Below the pieces are notes generated by a model, which worked only from the letters and a program-made list of their open reading frames with translations, was not told the origin of the DNA and did not search any database. Both the position numbers and the translations under genes were made by a program. From positions 32,001 to 96,000 of IMG/VR virus record IMGVR_UViG_3300028837_000933: 64,000 nt of DNA, one strand, 5' to 3'. Origin of the DNA: a virus. Shown here one piece after another: positions 9,929 through 20,315 of the stretch (its first letter is position 1; every line of letters starts with the position of its first letter).

Positions 9929-11692
9929 CTAGGCCACGTATTCGTAAGCCTTGAAGTCCATGTTGTTGACCAGACCGATCATCCAGCCCGTGCTGTCCCG
10001 CTCCAACTCACAGGTGAGATCGCCGTGGACGAGGTCCCCAGCGGCCTGCGGCGTGGTGCGGTTCATCAGGTTGGCCTCATCGGCTTCGAGCCGGAACGCA
10101 AACCTCTCCGTGCTACCGGTTTGGCCGGGCACGACCGTACCGCTGGCATAGAAGAGGTCCAACGTCTTTTCAACGGGCGTGGTCGATGGCGAGTTGCCAT
10201 CAATCGCGCCGAAGAAAATCTCCCTGTAAATCTCACCCTCGCGGGCTCCGAGATACACATCGATGGTGACGTTGCACGAGCGCTCGTTCGGCTCGATGTT
10301 GTACGGCTCGCCCTCGCACTGCTGCGGCTCGACCTGCACGTCCCAGGTCATTTCGATGCTCGAAGCCGCGATGCGGAAGGCGGTGCCGTCCAGTTCGGTG
10401 TGGCCGTAGGCATCCAGGGTGTTGGGTGCTACCACACCTGTCTGCTCTGCCGTGACGTTCAGCGTCTCGGCCTCGACCTGTTTCCAGGTCACGGCCTGGC
10501 CGCTGAAGTTGATGGTGAGTTCGGCCTTGTCGGCACCCTCGATGGTTAGGCTGGACAGGCGGCTCGCCTTGTAGATCAAGTCCAGCCAGGCGGCAGGATC
10601 GACCTGGTTGCGGAAGGTGTAGTGCGGGAAGTCGGCGCCCACATCGATCGGCACGAACAGATGCTTGTTCGCCTTGACTTTCGCGTCATCGGCGGTGTAA
10701 GTGGTGGCGCCCGTGTCATCCGCGGTGAAGCCAAGGTCATCGGAGATCGTGCAGGCCGCATCCGTCCAGTCGATGTCAAGACTGACGGAATCGGTCTCGA
10801 TGGTGTACAGGTTGGTGCTGGTGTCGTAGGTGACGGTATACACCCCATCCAGCGTACCTTGGTTATCGAGCACCGCCTTGAGTGCCGCCCCGACAGAGAA
10901 CGGCGACAGCGGGTAGCGGGCTGTGCAGATGGAGCCCGTACCTCCGATGACGCTCACGGTGAACGGCCCGCCACCATTATCGGTGATGACGATGCCATCG
11001 TTGATGCCAGTGCGGAACCAGTGCTTCGCGGTGACATCCCCATCAGAGCGCTCGTCATCGGCCTCGTAGGTGACGCCGCCCGTGTCATCGGCCGAGTGAT
11101 CGTACCCCAGCAGATTGGCCATCATGGGCGTGGTTGTCCAGTGCAGCGACAACGTGGTCCCGGCGTGCGCGATGGTGATCTTGTCATCGGTCACGCTGAC
11201 GGTGTAGGTCTGAGTGAGGGTCGTATCGGCATCGAGCATGAGCTGCAACGCCGCTGCCACCTCAGTCAGAGTGTAGGGGGTGCCTGCCACCAGTGGTGTC
11301 AAGTACCCCGGATCGATGACATCAAGCAAAGAGATCGTGACCGGCCCGCCGCCGTCATCCGTCACGGAAATCTCGTCATTGACGCCAGCCCAGAACTGGA
11401 TGCCACCGCTCCACGGTTGCATCCCGAAAGCTGCCAGCAAGTGCCCTTGATTGCCGGCGCGGAGGCGTCCGTTACCGGTCAGGTCTACCGCGTCAAAGCC
11501 CAGAATCGGCGGTACGGTCCTGTCCAGCTTTTGCTCGCCCATCTCGGCGGCATCATCGCCACGCACGGGATTGGGCGTGTGGTCAAAGTCGTACAACCGG
11601 AACTTGTACAGCGTCTCCGCATAGGTATCCTCATCGAGTTGAGGCCCCATGGAGACTACTGTGGTTTTGCCCGAAGGCGTCTTGTCAGCCAT
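9929..11692 (-). CDS. Major tail (tube) protein with two inserted repeat domains
   Basis: 587 aa, upstream of the chaperone; internal duplication (G.ND.I..TD.GGGP.T.S ... ADDTG..TY.ADD). Confidence 0.7.
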   Translation of the reverse strand: MADKTPSGKTTVVSMGPQLDEDTYAETLYKFRLYDFDHTPNPVRGDDAAEMGEQKLDRTVPPILGFDAVDLTGNGRLRAGNQGHLLAAFGMQPWSGGIQFWAGVNDEISVTDDGGGPVTISLLDVIDPGYLTPLVAGTPYTLTEVAAALQLMLDADTTLTQTYTVSVTDDKITIAHAGTTLSLHWTTTPMMANLLGYDHSADDTGGVTYEADDERSDGDVTAKHWFRTGINDGIVITDNGGGPFTVSVIGGTGSICTARYPLSPFSVGAALKAVLDNQGTLDGVYTVTYDTSTNLYTIETDSVSLDIDWTDAACTISDDLGFTADDTGATTYTADDAKVKANKHLFVPIDVGADFPHYTFRNQVDPAAWLDLIYKASRLSSLTIEGADKAELTINFSGQAVTWKQVEAETLNVTAEQTGVVAPNTLDAYGHTELDGTAFRIAASSIEMTWDVQVEPQQCEGEPYNIEPNERSCNVTIDVYLGAREGEIYREIFFGAIDGNSPSTTPVEKTLDLFYASGTVVPGQTGSTERFAFRLEADEANLMNRTTPQAAGDLVHGDLTCELERDSTGWMIGLVNNMDFKAYEYVA

Positions 11693-11709
11693 GTTTCATT
11701 CCTCCTGGT

Positions 11710-12141
11710 TTAGAGTTCCTTCGCGTCATTTCGCCAGCCCATGACTCTCTCGTCCGAAACCCCGTAGAGTTCCAGCGCGATCTCATGGCAGCGGTCGTCG
11801 CTCAGGTTTTTCAAGTCATCCACTGTGGCCACACCGAACTCGCGAAGCTGCTGGGCTCTGCCCTCACCGATACCGGGTACATCGGACAACCCGGATGGTT
11901 CAGCGGGCACCACCTCCGCGAATGCGTCTGACCTCTCGGTCGGCTCGACGACCTCTGCGAATGAGCGGCGGATGGGTTCGGCGGGAGTCTCCCATGCAAA
12001 CGCCCCACTTTCGACCAGCTCGTCGGCTAGACCTGCCTCCACATCAACAGCATGTCCGAGCCTCGTGAAGCTGAGCCCGGCTATCCTGGGATGGGTGAAC
12101 GTACCCTCTCCTGCGTAGTAGATCCGTTTCATTGCTGTCAT
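11710..12141 (-). CDS. Hypothetical protein with C-terminal helix-hairpin-helix motif
   Basis: Contains LSDVPGIGEGRAQQLREFGVATVDDL. Confidence 0.65.
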   Translation of the reverse strand: MTAMKRIYYAGEGTFTHPRIAGLSFTRLGHAVDVEAGLADELVESGAFAWETPAEPIRRSFAEVVEPTERSDAFAEVVPAEPSGLSDVPGIGEGRAQQLREFGVATVDDLKNLSDDRCHEIALELYGVSDERVMGWRNDAKEL

Positions 12142-12154
12142 TTCTATGCTCCTC

Positions 12155-12727
12155 TCACCATTTGAGGTCTTCCGTCCTCATCAGGACTTCCCAGACGATC
12201 TCGCCGCGCCAGGCTAGAGTACCCTCGCGAAACAGCACAAACCTGTGTCTGCCCAGTTCGAGATTACCACTGGCCTCATCCTCATACTGTACAGTCGGCG
12301 CGAACGATCGCATTGCCCTCCCGATACGCTGCTTGAGAACCTCGGTACTGGCGTAGCACGCCTTGTAAAACTCCGCCTCTGTGGGTTCCGCCCCATACCC
12401 CATGCTTTCGGGCGTGTATCGGATAACGGCGAAACAGTTCCAGAGATACTCGTAGTCACCTCCCCGCGTCTGGGTGCCAGGTGGTATGTCCTCACGGAAT
12501 AGGTACTGTATGACATAGGCTGGAACCTCGTCATCGTCCCATTCGGCCTGGGGAATGACTTTGCCCAGCCGGCACGTCTTCAATTGTAGGTACTTAGGGA
12601 CAGCGTAGGCTTCCCCCCCACTCGCACACAGGCGATTGACCTCATCACAGATAGCCTGTTCCACATCTGCCAGGAACGAGCCTGTAATGATCCCGTTTTC
12701 CAACGTGCCGTCAACTGTCTCTACCAC
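12155..12727 (-). CDS. Putative tail terminator/neck protein
   Basis: 190 aa with a GGAG SD; position in the head-tail region. Confidence 0.5.
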   Translation of the reverse strand: MVETVDGTLENGIITGSFLADVEQAICDEVNRLCASGGEAYAVPKYLQLKTCRLGKVIPQAEWDDDEVPAYVIQYLFREDIPPGTQTRGGDYEYLWNCFAVIRYTPESMGYGAEPTEAEFYKACYASTEVLKQRIGRAMRSFAPTVQYEDEASGNLELGRHRFVLFREGTLAWRGEIVWEVLMRTEDLKW

Positions 12728-12738
12728 GGTGCGCTCCT

Positions 12739-13995
12739 CTACCAGTCCCCTGCTTCAAAGGACAACGCCTCGTCCTTTGGCTCTTTGTCTTTCGACTGCC
12801 AACGCTCATAGGCCAGTGCCAGCATGATCAGCAACAGCCACCACCAACTACCGCGGTCGCTCGGAATAAAGCCCGCGTCCGGTTCTGGCGGCGGCACGGT
12901 CGGGATCGGCTCCAAAACTAGCCCCATCTGTTGAGAGTATTGATCCATCTCTGGCCAAGGCTCTTCGCCTAGTTGCCATCTCCGGAACCTTTCCTCGAAC
13001 TCCTCGCGAGTCATCAGTTCCGGCAAGAGAAAGCACATGCACAAGATGTGCAACGGTAGGCTCACCGAGCCAACGGGCAAGACCTCACTCACCCTACTGT
13101 TAGGCCAGCCTACGATTTCCTCGCACTCGCAGTCAATGTCTGGCGGGTGTAGGTCGTGTAGGTAGAGCCTCTCCCCAATCACCCACGGGATTGCTGCGAA
13201 GATCCGTCTTAGCGCCGCCTGATGGGCCAGCTGGATCTCGTTTCTCGCCAGCCGGAGCGCATTGTAGGCCACGCCTTCGCTACCGCACACCTCGCCTTTT
13301 ACGAGGCCGGTCGGGTCACCGGCTGCAATTTCAGCCGGCGTCAGCGCCATTCTTGCTTCCGTCCATCTGGGGCAACGTGACGAAGCGCCCAAGTGGTTCT
13401 CAAGCTCGGCGGCGATCTCATAGACCGTCAGCCCACGGCTGAACCCATTCACGATGACTTGCTGGATGGCGGCTCGCCCACCCTGTTCCAATCTCCAGAT
13501 CCGCCCTGAAAGGGTGAAGCCGTCCGAATAGACGTGGTTCTCAAGCTCCCTCAGTACATCTTCCACCTCCGCCATCCAGGGCAACGCGCCTGCAAACGGC
13601 AGCGTCCCTCCGAACTGCTCAATGAATTGGCCGACCGACTGGCCACGTCTCTCGTCCAATTCTTCGACTCCAAAGGCTTCAACGTGAAGCCTCGCCAGGG
13701 TTGCCAGGCCGATCTCCGCGGCCTCTCGCCGCGCTCTCTCAAAGGTAACTCGCCATTGTGCAAATGCCAGGAGCCAGGCCGAGCCAGCCTTGTCGACCGC
13801 GAAACGGTTGCCGAGCACGGTCAAGCGCTTTTTCTCATCGTAGTATCTCGGATTCGACAACACCACCTTGATCTCTTCGTAGATCCATAGCAGCAGCTGG
13901 TGCGTGATGCCAGTCATCCGCACGTGTAGTTTTTCAAGGGCCATCTGCTGATACACGGCCCATTCCTCAACCGGGACCTCGTAAAAGGGTGCCAC
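12739..13995 (-). CDS. Head morphogenesis (Mu gpF/SPP1 gp7-like) protein
   Basis: Follows the portal; contains LSGRIW, ALRLARNE and PLHILCMC (HPNCRC-like). Confidence 0.7.
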   Translation of the reverse strand: MAPFYEVPVEEWAVYQQMALEKLHVRMTGITHQLLLWIYEEIKVVLSNPRYYDEKKRLTVLGNRFAVDKAGSAWLLAFAQWRVTFERARREAAEIGLATLARLHVEAFGVEELDERRGQSVGQFIEQFGGTLPFAGALPWMAEVEDVLRELENHVYSDGFTLSGRIWRLEQGGRAAIQQVIVNGFSRGLTVYEIAAELENHLGASSRCPRWTEARMALTPAEIAAGDPTGLVKGEVCGSEGVAYNALRLARNEIQLAHQAALRRIFAAIPWVIGERLYLHDLHPPDIDCECEEIVGWPNSRVSEVLPVGSVSLPLHILCMCFLLPELMTREEFEERFRRWQLGEEPWPEMDQYSQQMGLVLEPIPTVPPPEPDAGFIPSDRGSWWWLLLIMLALAYERWQSKDKEPKDEALSFEAGDW

Positions 13996-13997
13996 GC

Positions 13998-15380
13998 TTA
14001 GTCCTCTTCGTCCTCTACGTCCTCGTCATCGTCCTCGGGTTCTTCTGCGGCCCAGCCTACCCGTGGCATCCGGATCGGCTGGTTCAGTCGGCCTATCTCA
14101 TCGGGTAGGCCCACTCCCATCTCAGCGGCTTCCTGCTCGATACGGTCGATCTCCGCAGTTGGATCGAAATCCGGGATGAATCGGGCCAGCACGCGCAAGG
14201 ATGTCTCCAGAGATAGCATATTCTGCGCACGCAGCGTTTGGAGTGCTATACTCACCTCCCGCAACACACGGGCGGAAATGGTCTTCTTCGTGCCCCATTC
14301 CAGTTCGTACGGATAGGACTCGTACCAAATGCCCGAAAGCAGCCACTGCCTTTGGAGCAAGGGCACCACAATCTCAGCGCCCATCCATGAGGACAGCGAC
14401 TCGAGAGCGGAATGATACTCGTCCGTCTGTTCCTGCAAGATGTCACGGTTGAGATCCTCGCCATACGCCATGAGACCCATAGGCACGGGGCTTGACAGCC
14501 ACCATGTCGAGATATGGTGACGGACATCTCCAATCTCGCCTAGGCTGGCATCTCCTTGCACAGCCGTAATAGAGCCCTTGTGTGGAGTGAAGAAGTCAGC
14601 TACGGCAGCAAACGAGTCCTGCAAGATCGATTTGTTCCGCTGGCGGTACTCTTCGATCTGCGTGTCACTGGCGCCCTCCAGTACGTGAAGATAGCGCATC
14701 CCTGCCCGTACCTTCCGTCTGATGGCGATGTCCAGTTCGCCCTCCCGCACTCGCTTCCATGGCCCGGTGGCCGTGGAAAACATCGGCGTACCATAGCGGT
14801 TGCCCTCATCGTGGTTGGCGCGGGCATGGACAATCTGCCAGCTGCTGAACCAGATCGAGTCCTCGTTAGGCCCCAGTGACATCCAGGCATTGGCATCCCA
14901 CCAGTAAGCCATTTCGGGATCGTCAAACTTGTCGAACTCGTTACTGGCTCGGTGCATCTCCAGAGTCGGCTTGCGACTTATCTCCCGGATAAGGTTGTCG
15001 GCAGATACGCCCACTTCAAGGAACGAGTCGCCGTCCCTCTCCGTGAGTCGATACCAGGGCGGCAAGGTAGTATCGAGCTCCAACCTCTCGATGAGGGCTT
15101 GGCCCTCCTCCTCCATTTCGCTGTTGGTTGGCACCGACACTCTAAGCCCGCCCTTTGTGATGTCCCTCGAGACTTTGCGCAGAATCCCCGAGCAACGCGG
15201 GTCTTCATCGTACATCTGCCTACACACGCGAACTGTATTGCTCCGGTCCTGTTCCGCCTGCAAACGCGAATACAGTTCATCGTGCCGCACGGGTTGCGCG
15301 TGGGCATCTATGGTTGTCTCGGGGTCGTCATCCGATTGCCTACGCCGGAAGAAGGCTGCGATTCGGTCCGTTAGCGCCAT
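13998..15380 (-). CDS. Portal protein
   Basis: 460 aa; patterns RDGDSFLEV, IVHAR..YGTPMF and SSPVPMGL; followed by the gpF-like gene. Confidence 0.75.
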   Translation of the reverse strand: MALTDRIAAFFRRRQSDDDPETTIDAHAQPVRHDELYSRLQAEQDRSNTVRVCRQMYDEDPRCSGILRKVSRDITKGGLRVSVPTNSEMEEEGQALIERLELDTTLPPWYRLTERDGDSFLEVGVSADNLIREISRKPTLEMHRASNEFDKFDDPEMAYWWDANAWMSLGPNEDSIWFSSWQIVHARANHDEGNRYGTPMFSTATGPWKRVREGELDIAIRRKVRAGMRYLHVLEGASDTQIEEYRQRNKSILQDSFAAVADFFTPHKGSITAVQGDASLGEIGDVRHHISTWWLSSPVPMGLMAYGEDLNRDILQEQTDEYHSALESLSSWMGAEIVVPLLQRQWLLSGIWYESYPYELEWGTKKTISARVLREVSIALQTLRAQNMLSLETSLRVLARFIPDFDPTAEIDRIEQEAAEMGVGLPDEIGRLNQPIRMPRVGWAAEEPEDDDEDVEDEED

Positions 15381-15393
15381 ATCCTAGTCCCTC

Positions 15394-16077
15394 TTAGTAG
15401 AGGCCCTCCAACTCCCACGCTTCAAAGCTGTGGCCGAAGGCTCCTCCGTAACTCGTATCGCTGGTCATGTCCGCCTTGTACCTTTTTGTAAGGTGCTCGA
15501 TCTGTTCTCTCACCACCTTCACTGGGTCAGTGGTGTTCTCGCTGACTCCTTGAATGGTGTGCTTGGTGGCATCGGATGCCATCTGATTGGCGATGATGGT
15601 CAAGGCATACGCCTGGGCCATCTGTGAGAAGATTTCCTCATCAGCATCGGTGAGATTCGCATACACCAGATTGCTGTCAACAGTCGTTAGGACGTGAACA
15701 GACAGATACCTCACTTCCCGTTCACTCCAATCATACACCGGTTCCGGCTGGATGACAAGCGTCTGACCCTGGACCTCGAACCTCTCAGTCCAAGTATCGC
15801 CTATCGGGATTAGGCCCGTCTCGGTGACAAGAACCGTCCGACCCTCAACGAAGAACTCTTGCACCGTAAGCAACTTGAAAAAGTCGCTCGGCATGGCATA
15901 CTCCGCTGTGCCACTCACCACATCGATGGTCGTGGTCTTGAGCATCGGTCGGTCACGGCCATACTTGGCCACTGACCGTTTCACGCACAGTTCGTATTGT
16001 CCCTCATTCGGAACGCGCCCACGCTTCGGCACATCCAGCTTGAGCTGTGCAATCAGCGTTGCAAAATCTAGGCCCAT
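15394..16077 (-). CDS. Putative head-tail adaptor protein
   Basis: 227 aa; TIDVVSGTAEYAMPSDF motif seen in phage adaptors. Confidence 0.5.
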   Translation of the reverse strand: MGLDFATLIAQLKLDVPKRGRVPNEGQYELCVKRSVAKYGRDRPMLKTTTIDVVSGTAEYAMPSDFFKLLTVQEFFVEGRTVLVTETGLIPIGDTWTERFEVQGQTLVIQPEPVYDWSEREVRYLSVHVLTTVDSNLVYANLTDADEEIFSQMAQAYALTIIANQMASDATKHTIQGVSENTTDPVKVVREQIEHLTKRYKADMTSDTSYGGAFGHSFEAWELEGLY

Positions 16078-16092
16078 GCTGCCCTCCCGTCA

Positions 16093-16509
16093 CTATTCGG
16101 ACGAATCCTCAGCCGGCTCGTCCTGCTTCTCTGCCTCTTTCTTTGCCGCCGCCCCTTGCGACCGCGTCGATCGACGTCGAGTGGCCTTCTTCGGCGGCTC
16201 TTCCTTGGTCTCCTCCGCTTCTGGCTCGGGTTCGGGTGGCGGCGTTGCCTTCTTGCGCGGCGCCCGTTTCCGCGGAGCTGGCTTGCGCTTGGGCTTGGGC
16301 TTCGGCGGTGGCTTCCAGCCGGGCGGCTTCTCCACAGGCTGTTCTTCAACGGTGGGCCAGAACCTTTCAAACAAGCCCGGATGGCTCACCGTTAGCCGCG
16401 CCTCTTGTCTCGGCGTGAACTGGTATAGATGGTTCGGATAGCGTAGGTAGCTGTTCACCACCATCGGCATTTGCCCAACGAATCGTACTGTTACCTTTTG
16501 CTCTGGCAT
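16093..16509 (-). CDS. Hypothetical protein with Pro/Lys-rich disordered tail
   Basis: AAGGAGG SD before ATG 16509 (MPEQKV). Confidence 0.6.
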   Translation of the reverse strand: MPEQKVTVRFVGQMPMVVNSYLRYPNHLYQFTPRQEARLTVSHPGLFERFWPTVEEQPVEKPPGWKPPPKPKPKRKPAPRKRAPRKKATPPPEPEPEAEETKEEPPKKATRRRSTRSQGAAAKKEAEKQDEPAEDSSE

Positions 16510-16522
16510 CGTTTCCTCCTTC

Positions 16523-17776
16523 TCAGAAATCAACCATCGATGCTCGCGATGGCACGTCCCAGGTTTCAACGCGGTGACGGATAGCAATCACCTCTCGCTG
16601 TATCTCCGCTTTCGGGCTGTCCGGTTCATTTGGATCGATCAGCTGCGGCGGGTTGGCTGCGAGCAGCCCCGTCACAGGCTTACCGAAACCGTACTTGTCA
16701 TGGAAGCTCCCCCCAAACCAGCTGTCATCTTCCCAGCCGCCCGTGCCGCCCATCCAGGAGTTCGCCAGCAGCCACGGCGTGAGAGCGAACATCCCGTGGT
16801 CAGTGCCCTCAAACATGGCATAGGTCTTTTCAGCCACCTTGATGGGTGTGGTCTGCGGCCACCTATCATCGATGTCATCCCCTGTGCCCGGCCTGTCCCG
16901 CGGGACCCAGCCGCCTTCCGTCATGCACAACGGGATGTCACAGCCCAGAATCTCCTGGGCATAGTACCTCACATTCCGCCAGGCGCCAAAGCAAGTACTG
17001 TCATCCAGAAACGTCTTGTCCGGGTCGGCTAGGTGCGTGCGATACCTATTCATGCGGTCCAGCGGCACATCGTTGAAGGCTGGGTTGTCGTAGTAGTCGT
17101 CAAGCGCGTCTCTCAGCCCATCCTGAGTCATCGGCCAGCCGTGTAGGCTTACGCCGTCCTCTGGATAGTCTTGCGGGCGAGCCTTCCCGTAGAAATGGCC
17201 CGTGAAGCACGCCAAGCCTTCTTCCCACATCCAGCGCAGATCCCGCATCTCATTGAAGAACCATGGCCACTCACCCAGCGGGTCTGGGAAGCCCGGTATC
17301 CCACCGTGTTTCAGGATCAGTTGCGATGACGCTTTCCAGCGCTCCATGAAGTGCTCGGCGGCATTGTCAGGCGCCGTGTCCTGCCTCCATTCCCGGTCAT
17401 CGAAGATTTCGTTTCCATCGATGACAATCGGCCTCATCTGGTAACGCTTGAAGATCGGCACTACTTCCTGGACGAACGCCTCGTTCCGAAACCATCCATT
17501 CAGCACATCAAAGTCGCGGAAGACGGGCACCATCTGGTTCTGGAGTACCCATTCGGCGGCTGTCAGCCCATCGAACTCTTCGAGCGCTGACATCCCGCTC
17601 GTACCCATCAGTACCCACGTGATGTGCATCGCCCTGAGACGCGGCAGCCACTGGCTCCGCTTCTCTTCGTCTCCCAGCCAGCCCCAGTGATACGGGCTGG
17701 CCAGCAGATGCACGCCGCGGTTGCTGTGTGGCCAAGGCGGCTTGCAGCCTACTGGGTAGAGGATCTCAGATGGCAT
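16523..17776 (-). CDS. Putative glycoside hydrolase (clan-A-like TIM barrel)
   Basis: Start MPSEILYP after a GAGG SD; candidate acid/base motif GNE and nucleophile motif MTEGGW. Confidence 0.5.
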   Translation of the reverse strand: MPSEILYPVGCKPPWPHSNRGVHLLASPYHWGWLGDEEKRSQWLPRLRAMHITWVLMGTSGMSALEEFDGLTAAEWVLQNQMVPVFRDFDVLNGWFRNEAFVQEVVPIFKRYQMRPIVIDGNEIFDDREWRQDTAPDNAAEHFMERWKASSQLILKHGGIPGFPDPLGEWPWFFNEMRDLRWMWEEGLACFTGHFYGKARPQDYPEDGVSLHGWPMTQDGLRDALDDYYDNPAFNDVPLDRMNRYRTHLADPDKTFLDDSTCFGAWRNVRYYAQEILGCDIPLCMTEGGWVPRDRPGTGDDIDDRWPQTTPIKVAEKTYAMFEGTDHGMFALTPWLLANSWMGGTGGWEDDSWFGGSFHDKYGFGKPVTGLLAANPPQLIDPNEPDSPKAEIQREVIAIRHRVETWDVPSRASMVDF

Positions 17777-17780
17777 ACCC

Positions 17781-19019
17781 TCAGTCCTCCAGCAGTTCGA
17801 TGATGCGATCCAGCCTCGCGAGAATGTCGGTGGTCGCCTGTTCTCCAAGAATCTTGCCGCCCTCGAGCTTGGCTGCAAGGGCCGCCAGCGTTGCCTGCAT
17901 CGCGCCAAAGTCACGCCTCATGGCCTCTATGGCCACCGCGCAGTCGCACTCGCCCGGCTCCGGTTCGGGATCAGGGTCTGGGTCAGGGTCTGGGTCAGCC
18001 TCCCTTTCCACGAAGGCTAGGTTGAACCAGCGGTCGCCAAACTCTTCGCCATCGGCAGCCTCTACCCAACCAGTTACGGCCACATCGGAATGGCCAGACG
18101 GCTCTCTGCGAATCCACACACGCACGGGCGGCTGGCTGCCTAGCGCGTACTTCCAGAGGTCGTCCATTCTAAAGCAGGCCACCCCGGACGGATCGGTTTC
18201 CACCGTCACTTTCTCACCTGTGTTCATGTACTTGGCTCTTACCTGGATACCAGGAATCCCCACGCAGTCCTGGCCCTGAACCAGCACCGTAAGCGGATAC
18301 GGCTTCTGGTGTCCATTCGCCTCCATGGCCAGCACCTCTGACACCTTGAAGCGGCTTTCTGACTGCGGCTCCACTTCAAACCGCCCAAACTGGTCATTCT
18401 GCCACTCGTGCGTTTTCTCCTCGCCGGCAAAGCCAGACACTCGGTAGTCCTGGTACTCTGGCGGGTCGGGATCTGGGTCGGGATCTGGATCTGGCTCGGT
18501 GGTCCATGCGTATCTGATCATAAAGTGCCTGTGGTTGGTATCAACAAGCATCCCAATTCCGTTGATCACCTCGCAACGCACGCCGCACAGCCAGATCGTA
18601 TGCGGTCCATACGCTGGATCATCATCGTCTCGTTCTGGATGGCTTGGACTGTAGTAGTACGAGCCCCCTCCCCACGTGAAGTGACAATGCCCCTCGTGGT
18701 TGGACCCGTCTAGGTCCGCTCGTGGCTCAATCTCGGTTTCGGGCGGGAGCCCATCCAGTGGCAGATGCTCCGGCCCCCGCAGCGGTGCGCCTTCCCAGTA
18801 TTGGGCAGCGGTGATCTCGTTCTCTGCTGCGCCGTCAACGATGACCTCAACCCCGGACCACGAATTGTATCCCGAGTCTTCCAGCGAGATAATGCGGTAG
18901 CCCTCACCGCCTCCAGGGATCGGGAAAATCTCGAACTCTCCGAACACTGACCGGAACTTGGCCTCAGTGACTTCCTGGATTGCCTGGTGGCCGTCATGGC
19001 CCTTCAGCATAAACTTCAT
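17781..19019 (-). CDS. Hypothetical two-domain protein with (DP)n/(EP)n linkers
   Basis: AAGGAGGGAG SD before MKFMLK; two related domains separated by PDPDPDP linkers. Confidence 0.65.
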   Translation of the reverse strand: MKFMLKGHDGHQAIQEVTEAKFRSVFGEFEIFPIPGGGEGYRIISLEDSGYNSWSGVEVIVDGAAENEITAAQYWEGAPLRGPEHLPLDGLPPETEIEPRADLDGSNHEGHCHFTWGGGSYYYSPSHPERDDDDPAYGPHTIWLCGVRCEVINGIGMLVDTNHRHFMIRYAWTTEPDPDPDPDPDPPEYQDYRVSGFAGEEKTHEWQNDQFGRFEVEPQSESRFKVSEVLAMEANGHQKPYPLTVLVQGQDCVGIPGIQVRAKYMNTGEKVTVETDPSGVACFRMDDLWKYALGSQPPVRVWIRREPSGHSDVAVTGWVEAADGEEFGDRWFNLAFVEREADPDPDPDPDPEPEPGECDCAVAIEAMRRDFGAMQATLAALAAKLEGGKILGEQATTDILARLDRIIELLED

Positions 19020-19121
19020 TTCAGCTCCCTCCTTGCCTTTCCCATGGGAAACGCATAAACCCCACGCTGCACGTCCCAACGGTTGGTCTTGTTGTTCTTC
19101 CTCATGGTTCTGTTCCTGTTC

Positions 19122-19454
19122 TTACCCTTGCTGTTCCTCTTGGCCCTGGTCTTGTTGTTCATCGGGCGGCGGGAGCAAGCGGTACGCATCAACTTTCATC
19201 GTTCGCCGGCTGCCCAGCACCTTGATGCTCTTTTTCACCTGCTGTAGCCTATCCTGCTCATCGTACCAGTGAAGTTCCTCCCTTACCCTATCAACGCTCA
19301 TTTCCAGTCTCTTCGAGAGTTCCTTTGTGGTGTAGATTCCATCCTTGTCTGGTTCAGCTGCCCCGGCTCTGCCTACCTCTATCTCATGCCTTCGACGAAT
19401 GTCGCCTAGTAAATCGACTACGGTGAAATCCGGTTCCACAGGGACTGCATCCAC
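19122..19454 (-). CDS. Small HTH-like protein
   Basis: Contains YTTKELSKRLEMSVDRVREEL. Confidence 0.5.
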   Translation of the reverse strand: MDAVPVEPDFTVVDLLGDIRRRHEIEVGRAGAAEPDKDGIYTTKELSKRLEMSVDRVREELHWYDEQDRLQQVKKSIKVLGSRRTMKVDAYRLLPPPDEQQDQGQEEQQG

Positions 19455-20314
19455 TTTTTCCTTCCTTTCGCTGCCTCAGTGTACGTCTCCCTTGCCAGTT
19501 TGGGATGCCGGAAGCGCAGCCAGTGGACATTGAAGGGCTGCCTCATGGTTCCCAATCGGTCGGGTAGCAGTTCGATGAGCACCATCCCCAGCCATTGGGT
19601 TAGGTATCGATTCGGCCACCGACTCGAGCGAGCAAAAGACGTCTGGAGTTGCATCGGAGGCAGAGCCAACGCACACCGTCCATCCACTTCGATGAAGCTA
19701 CCTAGGTGAGCGTGCGCCCGGATGATGATGTGCGGCATCGACTTGAGTTCCGTCACCTGCCACGCGAACCGTATCTCGCGCTCGAGTGGCATGGTGCGGT
19801 TCACGATGGTAACGCTCTGGTGATGCCCTACATCGGCTATGATGCCCTCGATGTTCAATTCCGGCAACCATTCCCAGGTGTGCCGGCCAAACGGATCGGG
19901 CGTGGCGCCTAGCTGCTGAGCTACCCACTCTTCAGCCTCGCCATTGGGGCCAACGTGATACCCTGACCCCCGAAACACATAGACTACATCAGCCATGTTA
20001 GCAAACGGCTCGATGATCTGATACGCCGCTTCGGCCTGATAGGTCGTGTCCCTCTCTATGATGTACTCGCCATCGTCCTTCTTTTGCTTTCCATCCACAG
20101 AGTCGCCCACCACACCGAGAACGTGGAGGGTTCCGCCCGTAATACGACGAACGGCATCCTCAATGATTTTCGTGTTGGCCAGCACGTATTGCTGTCCCTT
20201 GTTGAGATTCAGAGTCACGCCATTGGACCCAACCATTCCGGGAGGCCAGATGGAAAACGCGCTCCCGAGATGTAGGTCAGACATCCATAACGACCACAGC
20301 CTCCTTTCGCTCAT
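19418..20314 (-). CDS. Calcineurin-like metallophosphoesterase
   Basis: Motifs SDLHLG, GDSVDG, GSGYH, HH and AHAH. Confidence 0.75.
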   Translation of the reverse strand: MSERRLWSLWMSDLHLGSAFSIWPPGMVGSNGVTLNLNKGQQYVLANTKIIEDAVRRITGGTLHVLGVVGDSVDGKQKKDDGEYIIERDTTYQAEAAYQIIEPFANMADVVYVFRGSGYHVGPNGEAEEWVAQQLGATPDPFGRHTWEWLPELNIEGIIADVGHHQSVTIVNRTMPLEREIRFAWQVTELKSMPHIIIRAHAHLGSFIEVDGRCALALPPMQLQTSFARSSRWPNRYLTQWLGMVLIELLPDRLGTMRQPFNVHWLRFRHPKLARETYTEAAKGRKKWMQSLWNRISP

Positions 20315-20315
20315 A

